Shown in pieces: positions 41,201 to 53,200 of a stretch of 64,000 nucleotides of DNA (position 1 is its first letter; each line of letters opens with the position of its first letter). Source of the DNA: Ascidiella aspersa (taxonomy: Eukaryota); contig OZ004610.1 of NCBI GenBank assembly GCA_963924565.1, forward strand, positions 29,698,001 to 29,762,000. Reading direction: 5' to 3'. The translations under genes and the position numbers were made by a program. The notes beneath the pieces are model-generated. The model made no database searches, had not been told where the DNA came from, and worked only from the letters and a program-made list of their open reading frames with translations.

Positions 41201-44200
41201 AGGTTGCGATCACTTTACTAGCAGGGTTAGTTCCGTCTTAATCCCATTTTGTCGCTTTCGGTCATTTCAGTTTGAAGTGTCTGGAAATCACTAATGTGCC
41301 AGCCTAAGAACGAATGTTTTTTCATTGTTCAGCACCATTATTTGACTCGGCTAATCCCACAAGGGATACCAGTTATGCTTCCCATATTTTAGCTAACCTT
41401 TTCGGTTGTTAGTGTCATACCAGGACTGAATATTTTCAGCTTAAGTCATTTAGGCGCCTCTGTAAAGTGGTCCGGTTCAAATGTGTTTATACGGCGAACC
41501 CGCGCAAACGAACGCCGAAGGGCTTCTATATTTTTAATGAGGGGCTTTGCTCGCAGAGACGACAGCCGTCAATCACCCGACATTGCCAAGCAAGCAATTG
41601 AGCAACCCGGCTTCCTTTAGAACGCAGTAAACCCACTCGTATTTAAAGCATCAACCGATTATCGCAGATCTTTTTCAACTGGGGTGTCGCTGCGCTGCAG
41701 GGGGCGCGCAACGAGATTTATAGGTCGTCAGTAAATCTACCTCATTTTTACGCGAATGTTCGTCTTTAATAGCTCTACTTTTCCTTACGCTTGCAGTGCA
41801 AATGCTAAAGCTAATGCAAAACCAAAACCTTAAAGTATAGACATTACTTCAACAAATGTGCGCCGAACAATACATCTAGAAAGGAGTTTTAGCCAAAAGG
41901 GCCGGTGAAAGTTTGAATAAACCAACAGGGGTCGCACATTGAAAAATCGTGTAAACCTGCTTTGGCGCCGTCTGTAGCTAAAATAACCACCACACTCCTA
42001 TGTGTATGCCTCTAAAAATCACCGAACGGAGTGATTTAATCGTTTTCCCTGCCCAGCGGTGCGTCACTCAATTCCCCCGCGTCGCCGCTTTTTCGTGAAA
42101 CAGAATCTCCAGTTTCGGATCCCCGGGGTCCCTCAAACGCCTCCTAAGGAACCCGACAGGCCCCATGGGGGCAGGGCAAGTGCACCGGCTGCAACCTTTC
42201 CGTTTTGCCGCTTTCGTCATTATGTTTAACGAACCGGAGTGGCCGTAGGCCTATCGGTTTAGTTAAGGCGTTGTTCTTCTCATATTATAAGCCCTGCTGT
42301 TATGACTTTGCTCATGGAGAAGCTAAAACTGGGTGGACTTGTGTATAATTGCTCAAAAAAGCTGTCAATTTTGCTTTTGCTAGGCTTTTGAAACACACGT
42401 GTATTGACATGTCAGCAATTGTCGCGAGATGTTATTTATTTGAATTGATTCCCAATTCAGACGCAGTATTTAACGTATAATATCGCTATAGTATAAGCAA
42501 TTTTGTTAAAATTCGATATAAGTTCATAAATACGAGCGCTATTTATCTGTATTGCACAATGCACATCTAATTAAGATATCTGTTTGTTTTCACTTTTATG
42601 TAGGTTTAGCTCGCTTCAAATTCCCCTGCGCGGTTTTGACGGATGGCGTTATTAGGGGCGCATTAGGGCCATGGGTGACGGCTTCGTGATTCGTCAGTAT
42701 GAAAAATGACAGGTCAGCGGTATGGGATTTATTTTTAGACCGAGTTCGAACGCCCCAATAGACTGTCCCCGCAATGCCGTGAAGACACGATTAAATTTAC
42801 TGCTCTTACCCTAAATGGATGCCCCTATATTTAAGTACTTATGCTTTGTGAGTTTTTTACGTATGGATTTGCCAAGCCTAGATTGTTATCACTCCAAAAC
42901 TGTTTTTTGCCCAGTTTATATACAATTTTTCAAACAGTAGACTTTTTGTCCTATAGGCTTTTTGTAACAAAAGAACACAAAATGGTTTGCATAAAATAAT
43001 ATAAACTCTTTGAAATTTGCATTAGTAATTTATCAATTCAGTGGCAAAAAGTGTAAAAAACCATAGATTGAACTCCTACAACGACTATTAATTGTCACAA
43101 AAAGGGGTTGATAGGATAAAATAACTGTAAAAAATACAGCAAACATTCAGAAAATGATTGTTTAACTTAGAAATCAATTAGATATTAGAAAAAAATTCGA
43201 AACTTGTTCGAACGATTAGAAAAGAAGAAACGAAACCCGTCTCTTCTATTGGAATTCGTCCCTTCTAAAACGCATTAAGCCCGCCATTAGCACGAACCTA
43301 AGTTCGCAGGACGTCGGTCAAACCTTGTATTTTCAAAAAAAACTGCATTTCCTTGATTTCAAACACACCCTATAGGAAGCAGATCACAAGATTATTCATC
43401 AACAGAATCTTGATAAAATCAAGGCTGTAGGATATACTAAAAAAGCCGTATTTCACAGAACGCAAGCGCCAGCGCCAGTCTGACCCTCCTGTCGCAACTG
43501 AACCGCGCCAGCGATCTTTCGCGAGCCCGAGCGATCGAGCTTGCCAAACAGGAGAAGACCAGCCCTGGAGACCAGCAGCAGCAGCAAAACGGAGAGGTGG
43601 CCAACAGTGACGGCCTTCTCGATATGACTAAGCGGGACAAGATGAGTCCAAGAACGCAACAGGACCACGACGAACAACAGGTGCGGGAGTTAAAACTTTC
43701 TCGAGAGATTGAACAGCAAATGGTAAAACTAATGCAAAACCAAACCCTTAAAGTATAGAGACATTGCGTTAACAAATGCGTACCGAACAGGACAACTATA
43801 AATGTGTTTTAACGTAAGGGCCGCGGAAAGTTTGAACAAACGAAAAGAACATTGAAAAATTGTGAAAAAAGAATCGGCGCCTGCCTTGGCGTCGCCTGTA
43901 GTCAAAACTAACCATCACCCTCCTGCAGGATGTGTATGCCTCTAAAATTGACCGAATGCATTCGGAGCGCGGAGTTTTGACACTTGTATGTTTCCTTATG
44001 TGATTAACTGGTCAGCTTTAAAAGTACGACCGGTTTCATTTATTCCGCACATTTGCTTAACGCCTTACGCCTTGGTGAACAGTGTTAGGAAAAAGGGGAC
44101 CGACTGCTGAAAAAGCTAAAACTGATGGTCAATTGGTCGTTAAAATGATACAGGTGCATGGTTTGAAAGGCCGTTTTTTTAGTGTGGTTTGGCTTATTAA

Positions 44201-47200
44201 TGTATTTCGTTTCCTGATTTCGTGCCGTATTCGGGTGAGAGATGCCTCAGAATAAAATGTAGATCACAGAGGGCTTAAAAAGCAGGGCCTTAAGCTTTTT
44301 ATAGTGTCCATTTTAGGTGATTAAATACCATTTCGAATTCGTTCTGAGTCTAATTTTATCAGAGTACTTAAAACAATACAAATTGAATTGAGTTTTTGAT
44401 AATTAAAATTCCGCATGAAAGAGTATGCGGAACTATAGAAACCTTCATTTGCACCATGATGAAAAATTTTGTCCGGATGCAGGAATGCGAGCTGATCAAC
44501 ACTCCTCCTTCGCCCGGAGGAAGATCAAACGGAGAGGATCGAATTGCATCTGGATCACCGGACACAGATGACTCGGGTAGGACAAAAGACAGCTCGAAGC
44601 AGGTGGGAAAAGTGGTTTGTTAACATTGCCTAAAAAAATAGGTTGAAAAGCGATTTTTTTACCTTGTCTTAAAATTAGGTAGAAATCGCTCTTCTGGTCG
44701 AAACGTTGTATTAGGGTTAATAACTAAAACAAGAAAAAGATAGAAATTACTTTAGAATATCGAAATACTTGTTTCATATGCATGGAAAACTTTGGGGGGT
44801 GCACGCGTTATTTTCGGGGCATTTTACTGCTGCTAAAAACGTGCGTTTTAACGTTTTACCTTGAGAGAAACAGGATTGTATAGAAAATTGCCTCCGGCAA
44901 AAATGATTTTAAAACCTTTTTAAAACAATATTTCGTATCTATTACTGGCACGAAACCAAACTTTATTCTGCGTAAACTTTTTCGCAAACGCAAAGAAGAT
45001 CGTATGAACCGAGTAAGTATCGGGCCCCAAGGTAGACCGGCCTTGAAGTTTTCGATTTTCGCCTCCTATATTTTGTCGCTTTTATAAAAGTCTCGCATTT
45101 CTCGTTTGTCTAAACGATGACTAACGCTTTTGGGGGGAGAAAGAATAATCATGTTGGTCCCTAGGCGCGATATCATCTATTCACAGCATTCCTGAGTGAT
45201 AAAAATACTCGTTTACCCTGTGGGAACGTCTTGTGTGGTGCGTTACCCTTTTTACCGACACCAAAATCCCCCCACCTAAAAATACCCAGTAATGGCTCTA
45301 GATTGGGGCTTGGGGGGCTTAAGGGATAGATGGGGGGCGGGGTGAGAATATTTTTGTGTGACTTGGGTCTAGACTAGGGGTTCTTAAATTGGCGTCTATA
45401 ACCCCTTGGGGTTACGTGGGGTTACGAGATTTCCTTGCTGAAATATTAGTGTATAACTCTATGACGCCCTTACTGAAATAAGTAATCATTTTTGAAAGAA
45501 AAGTGTTGAATTAAAAATAAAACGTTTTTCACTGAATCTTTATTTAGACTCATTTGCGCTTTCACACTTAGTTGACAGGAAACACCAGATTTTGTATTGT
45601 GACATCAATTTGTGACGTCATCTCTAAAATTCCGTGCCTACAGTGGTCCACGCGAAGCAAAAATATTTTTTGGGGGTCTGCGGTAGAAAAAAATTTCAAG
45701 AACCCCTGGCCTAGACGCCTTCTAACGCAAGCGCTAAACTTTTATCAGGAAAATACGCGACTTTTTTGTCACGCGGCTGTAGTTCGTGGCATTATTGGCC
45801 ACTTTATTTGCTGGAAGTGCACGAATCGTGCTTGTGATGCTAAGGCCAACTACCCAAGGCTATTTGCATTTAACAATTCGCGCGAAAAACACTAAGGTCA
45901 GCAGGGCTGTAGTTTAGCCTTGCCCTCACGCAATTTACGCAACCGTTACAATATAGTCTTGGTTTTGAATAGACCTATTTCTGTTAACCGTCTGTATTCA
46001 AATTACAAAATAACGCTTTTAAATCGAGTTTATTGTTTGGTGAAATGTATAAAGTTCTTGCATAATTGCGTTGACGTCTTTCTTTCAAATTCGGCGATTG
46101 TTTTCAGCGAAATTTAAATATATTTTTATATCCTGTTAAACGAATATCGTTACGAATTTTCCCTACTTATAAGGTCAAATTAGCGTTTTACATTTTTTTT
46201 AAATATCGTTCCAAAGCGGAAGTTACTTTCTGTCACACAGTTAAAATGTTCTGAGATCAAGACTTATTTTAGAGTTTCGGCTTCACCGGGATTTCTTGAA
46301 AATTAAACTTGAAAATGAGTTTCTGAGCGTTTTGTGAAAAATACCATCTCGGTTAAAAAAACAACAACGGAAAGGTCCTACAGTGGTGTCAAATTCATAC
46401 ACTAAAAATTGCATGTAAAATTTCGACTTGGGTTTTTTTACCCGCTGGTTTGGCCTGCATCAGAAGGTGTGGCGATTTCGCTCACTTTGCGAAAGACTTA
46501 GCTCCGCTCACTTTGTACCATGGCTTAGCTCCACGACGGCCACGCACGATGGTCAGCTCCGTGCGACATTTAAATGTCCAGCGGGGGGCGATTTCGGGGT
46601 CAGGCCGTGACCCAGGCGCCTATGACGTCATTTGGAAGGCAAATCGCCCGATCGTGACCGCTCTTAGTCAGGTTTATTCCGTTTTATTGCCGCCACTCAC
46701 TCGCTATCACGCCCCTGTATGGCGATGGGATTTTTTCAGGGCTTAACCTTCTCTTAATATTTTCTTCGTTCCGGAAAAATAATTGCGTCGTCAGTGTTGC
46801 GTAAGCGTTTTCACGACAACGTTTTCAGTTCAAATAATGCCGTGATGTGAAGCCGAAAATTGACTGCCTAAAAGAATTTTTGTTTAAATGCCTTGGTATG
46901 AAGCCGAAAATTGAAATCTTGTCTGAAAGTCATTTTTTTATCCCTAAGCAAATTTTTTTAACTTGTTAAAAGTCCATTTGTGCCTGGTTGATGTTCAGTG
47001 ATATTAGTTTGTACGCCGCGCGAAGGGATTTAATTCAAGGTGGCCTGTACGATACTGCGCAACTTATTCAAGTTTGGATCTTTACTTTGATAGAATTAGG
47101 ATTAGCAGTTTTATTGGCCACAATATCGGGTATCGGAATTAGATACAAAGTAGCGGACAGCCCTAGCTTAAAACTAATGTAAATCATAGCCCTCAGTGAT

Positions 47201-50200
47201 TTATGTTTGTACGCCGCGCATTTGGATTTATTGTACAATACATAGCAACTTATTCAAGTTTTCGCCAAGTTTAATCTTCACTTTGCTTACAATCTCGCCC
47301 CGGGAGATGAACTGGGCGAACTCAGCCTTTCCGAACTTGCCCGAAACTTGTTTATGCCTCTCGCTCAAACTTGCACATCGGCGATTTCCCACCGCATGAG
47401 TAATCGAGATTGCTTTTCCGATCGAAGTTTTCCAGCCCCGGGCCCATTCTTTGCGCCGCGTCTGCCTAATCCCGCCAGGAATTCCGACCTAATTAGGGAT
47501 CGCGCCTCTCGTGTTAACCCATTGCAGTTTGCGCACATTGCGTCAAAAGTTAATTCGTGCTGCATCCTTAAAGAGATTTTACTTTGGTGTCAGAGTTCTA
47601 ACGACTCCAAACTGCACCAAAATGATTTTCAATTTCAAATTTTTCGAGTCTTGTTTTTTATTTTGGTTTATTCTTTTTTACCCAGTTAAACACTTTTTTT
47701 ATTTTCGACAGCGATCTTCTTTGATTTCGCGTACTATATTTGTGTAAATCTACAAAACGGCGCTTAAACAACTGACTATACGCCACTATAGATTGGCGAT
47801 GACTTATGGCCTGTCGTGCTTTACAAGCCAAAACAGGGGACAGTTCTACAAACGCTGAAAATGAAGTTAATCTCGACGAAAGACGATTACGATTTTTACA
47901 AGGAGGACGTAGAAAAGCCATAAATAGATAAATGGGCCATGGACTGTTTGAAGTGGCCTTGTAATCCATTTAAGCAAACCTGATGTTTCACGATGATGTA
48001 GAACCCGAAGAGAGGTAGTTCAGGTTCCCGCCTCAGGGCTAGCACCACCTCCGCTCTTCTATATTTTGTTTTTTGCAAGAAGCAGCCTCGGAATTTTCCC
48101 ATGGTCAACAAGTGACGTCATCGTCATGTAAGCATCGGGCCCCGGGCTGTTCCAAGGACGTGGCCTCCTTGCTACACTTTTTAATTTTGAAACTTTTTGC
48201 ATCTTCATTATGAGGACTCCTTCCGTTTGGTTGGTTTGTAGGGAAATTTTTTCATATCCAAGTTTTCAGTCATTTTTGCACCTCATATAAGTCGTACGTT
48301 AATCGATTGGTATTTATTTTTATTAAGGGTGGGGTTAATGAAAATCGGTAGAGTGAAAATTGGCCAGTTATGCTTGATTCTTCTTGTCAGTCATTTTTTC
48401 CAAATTTTCGCAGTGCTTAGTGTCAAGGAAAAAGAGAATAAATCATTTTTTTTCCGAAATGCTCAGTTTTTCGCTTTTTAAACAGTTTTTCGCTTTGTTT
48501 CGCGTGAAAGCAAAAGAAAACTGGTTAAAATGTCCCAAAATACCTTCCAAAGCCTGTAGTCCTAGATTGCAAATTTGTGCCTAAACCGTGCTGCCGAAAG
48601 CAGTTGAACTGATTACGTCTCGCAAAACAACGCTTGCGACATTCGATTTAGCTAATATTGCTACCCCGACATTAGGGTCTCATTCTTTACTTGGGAGTGA
48701 TCTATAGTGGGATCGGGTGGGCGGTAATTGCCACGACCGCAATCCGCAAATGCGATTTCGGCGTACTGGGGAAGCGACTGAAATAAACACACGAGTCCCG
48801 CCATTCAGTGCCGTCGCCAATCTATTTCTAAAGTGTGTATTCGTGGATAGAAGCAGCGGAATATAGCGCATGGTATCGTTGTCTGTACTGATGGGCTTGA
48901 ATAGGAAGCGAGTTGCTATAACGGTCACCGATTTGCGTAAATTGAGGAACAAACGTCACGAATGCAGCGTTTTCCGTTGGACACGAATAACGTCACTATA
49001 GCTTTTTGCCAAAATAACGGAACAAATGAATTAAGGGGTAAAACCAAATAACAAAATGTCGAATTGTTGTATAAAAGAAAGTTAATAGTCACAAAGAAGT
49101 TTATATAAAATAACCTTTTGGTAGGTATTTTTCCGTATTCTATCACATTCAGTGTTTTGACAAAAGGCTACAGCGATGTTTAATGCTCTATGTCGCTTCT
49201 TTGGAACAATTCAGCGTGACGAAATTTATTATAATATGACACAGTTTGCAAAAAACATCGTAACAAACAGTCGAGTCATTCGATTCGAGTAGACACGAGT
49301 ATTTCGACGACAGCCAATCCAAAAGAAACTTACAACCTACAGCGTTGGCGAAAAAAGGCGCGGAAAACTGGGCGAAATATTACAAAAAACTAGGCCTCGT
49401 CTTTTGAAATTGAACCGCCCAGGTAAATTGAGCGGCACCGTTAAACCACACCCCCGGTCATGTCGCCCGTTACTGCTACCAATTTGCACCGCGCGATATT
49501 TTTTTATACGATCGTCGCTCTACGACAGGTTCTGCAGTCTTCAGCGATGCTGTAACCCGCCCGCAGGCCAGTTTGCTTAGCCCGGGGGCTACGGAGTAAG
49601 TGGCAACGATTGCCCCGCGGGGTTACGCTACGCGCCAGCCTATAGGTTGCTTATAAATTAGCCTTCTGAAAAGATCCGTTTTTTTCCAAAACCCGTTTTT
49701 CGATGCTTTTCTTATCGCGTCTTGTATGTGGCGGAAAAAGATTTTTACTCTTTTCTGCATGTTCACAGATGGGATTTGTACCCATGTTTTTGCTAGCCTT
49801 GGGAAGGTTTTAGCTCCTATTTGCTCTTCCCGCTGGTAAAAGGGTAATTTCAAGCCATGCTGACTATAGGGTTTATATCTTGCACGTGGCTTATTACAGT
49901 TGCCACTTTTAGGCGCTTTTACTTGATTTTTGAATACATTGCCGCTAAGAACATAATTTTTTTTTTTTTTTTTTTTTTTAACATAATTTTTTCTGCTTGT
50001 AGGTCATGGTAAAGCAAGAGTACGAAATGGGCAACAACGACGACTACATCAGCGACATGAATCGGGACGCCGGAGATGGCCGAGGTAAATGGCCTGATTT
50101 CTTTATCGCCTGCTTTTTAAAAAAAGACTAAAAATTCGGGAAAGACACTGAAATTAAAAACCAAACCACCAAGATGGCTGAGTGTGGCATGTCAACTAAG

Positions 50201-53200
50201 TTATCTAAATCAAATATCTGTTAAATGGGGCGTCGAATGTGTGGCGTATATGAAGGCGGGAATTAATTTTAAGGAGTGTTTGTTTAGTATTCACGTTTTG
50301 TTTCAAACCTGGATTGGACGAATCACATTCTTGTATGTACTCTCCCCCCCCCCCCCCCCCCTTAAACATACTGACGTACAATAATTTAGTGGCACCTATG
50401 ATTTAAAAATTCATGCTAATGAGCCGAGCACAACACTTAACCTCTGAACAAGAAATTTGCGCAACAATTCTTTTTCTGCTTAATTTTATGCGGGCCACTT
50501 TTCCCGGTAAAGCGTCATCCTATATCTCTCTCAAGTGCTGGATAATCCCAACGCTGATGCGTTTTGAATAACAAGGCTCCAATCAGCTAGGGTTGTTGCT
50601 GCGTCGTCAACTGAATGCTTAGTTTCGCCAGAGGCGCATTGCGACCTTTTTCAAGTTGGCTAATTACAGGAGTGGGGATTTTGCCGCCTGTTGAATCAGC
50701 CAAGCGTCGAAAAACAATTAGCCGCCTACGATCGGAGACGTGTGGCCTTATACGTTGTTTCGCGCGTCTTCGGTTGAAAAGTTATTCTATTTTCTGCCCG
50801 GAGAATGAGATAACAACCTTGATGTAGGAGTAAACATGTCATTTTTTATCTTAAATTAGTTTTACAAGTTATATTTGCTTGGCATCAGTGATTTATCATG
50901 CATTAGCAAGTCTGATTTCCACTTAACGGCTCGCAAAACTTCAACGACGAAATAAAATAACGCGCAATAACTTTTGCCTTACAGTTTTCTAATATTAGCG
51001 TTGCGTTATTTTCAATCATTATTATTTTTTATCGTATCCAACAAATCGATAAAAAAAATCAGTTAACGTAAAGATTTTATCTTTGGAAAAACAAATTCAA
51101 ACTAAATTTTGTTTCTTGTCAAATGTGATACAAAAATATTTTCTGTTTCTTGTCAAATATAATACACGTGTGCCCTCCAACTGTTTTTTGTTCGGGCCAC
51201 GCAACCTTTAATATAAAATTAACGCACAGCTCTTTTATTTTATTTTTTCAGACTTACAGGAGAGTATCGACCACAGTTCACTGGCCGCCTACTTCCGAGA
51301 GAAGGACCACTGGACAGAATCGGACCGTAACCCCACCACCTACTACGCAATGGTAGATCCGCAAGGTGTCCTCGCGAACAATGGAGAGCGACACGACTCG
51401 CCACGTGGATTAAGGTGATTCCCCGCTGACCCCTATGCTCTCCAGAAACATAGGGTCCTCGGTTCGAACCTCATCCTGGTCACTAAAAACAAACAACAAA
51501 ATCAAACCAACTGTTGATCCATTATGCGTCGAGACCACGTTTTTTCGAGATTCGGCTAGTTTGTCAGTGAACACTGCGACAATTTTAAGGTGATTCACTG
51601 CTGACCCTACGCCCCACATTCTGATGCTCCCAGAAACCTAGGGTCCTCGAATCGAATCTCATACTGGCCTATAAAAACAACAAAAATCAAACCAACTGTT
51701 GATCCATTGTGCGTTTAGACAAGATTTTTCGAGATTCGGCTAGTTTGTTAGTGAACACTGCGACAATTATTGGACAACAATTTATATTTTGCTAAACTTG
51801 TTTGTTTTTCTGTTGTAATGGTTTGAAAGACCGTTAAGATACCGTAAAATGCGCTAAAAAACACTGAGCATGGATGCCATAACAGCGTGCTTTCAACGCT
51901 AGTTGTTTTGTTTTTGACACGATGTGAGAGAATTTGTCTACAATCCTTTAAGAGAGTCTTAATTTAATCATTTCTCCTTCGTTGTCCGGCCCATAAGGAC
52001 GAAAAATATATTAATCGGGCAACAAACAACAAGCGGCTTTTTCAAAAGTCCCAGTGCAACATTCGGCTTATGTAGTCTTAACTTTCGGTTGGGCTTGGAT
52101 TAGGCAGAGGGTGTGCCGAAGAAACCGCCCTAAAGATAAACAACATCACTTTGAGCTCTGCCGACGATTGGCGGTTAACGAGCAAAGAACGCCAAGGTGT
52201 TGGAAAAAGAGCTCTGTTGTTTTTTTGCTCATCCTTCCCGGATAAAATTGACATATCGTCGATTAACGTATTATGAGCTTTTGAATATGGCTGCGAACCG
52301 AGGTTTAAATAGCAAAACTCTTGTTGTTGTACTGATTTTTTTTTCTTGTTATAAATGTGCATTCGCCCTGTTTGTTTCACATAAAGTGAAGAGCATTAGT
52401 TGTTTTAACCGAGCTCCAAAGAATCAAGGAGTTTTATGTTTTATTGGTAATGTTTTCCTGTTTGTAAGTGGGTCTAGCGTTATAATGTAAACGTATACAA
52501 ACTGAGCAAAAACAATTGTAAATGTAAATTAAGTAAACTTGTCCGCCTTTAAGACCAACACCAACATATAGAATACGTTAAAAACGCGAGTCGTAAAACG
52601 TTGTGCTATTTTACGGCCAACCGGGCCCTCGCCCATTTTTAAACAGTGCGACGTTTTTTCCCAACTTTATCCCGAAATCGACGTTTTCGCAAAGCGCCAA
52701 CGCATCAAAGGGCACCGAGAGCCGCTTTAACCTTGTAAAGGCCAGGATTCGTGCCCGGGGGCTTCGACTTAAAATTTCCCGAGCGCGCTTTTTAAGCGGG
52801 AAACTCCGCCAGCCAAATATCGCTCAACCTGATCGAAAAACTGGTTTGTGGTCGCTTTCAATATACGGCCCCGTTTTCCTTGTCTATTGCTGTTGTTTTT
52901 GGTAGTTGGTTTTCGACGAAGCAAGTTAGGATTTTTTTTTCGACCGTAAATAACGGATTGTTATAAAAATGCTGAAAATCATTGTTTAAAATGTAAAATT
53001 GTTCTTTGGGTAAAATTTTATTAAAGTAATAACGTTTCGACCACCTATTCGGGCAAACTATAGGCTGCCTATGGTCGAAACGTTGGTACTTTAATAAAAA
53101 TTTGCCGGAAGAACAATTTTACAGTTGGAACGAATTGTTATGTTTGAACAACATTCAGTTTTTGTACGTTCGTTTGAACCAAAACGAAGTATGAAAGAAA

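Noticed and set aside
43437-43775. 112-aa minus-strand ORF (similarly 44368-44565, 55904-56188, 56563-56883)
   Set aside because: Antisense shadows of real ZBTB exons
50343-50361. Long poly(C) run (also 20556-20568)
   Set aside because: Simple homopolymer with no supporting context; length may be unreliable
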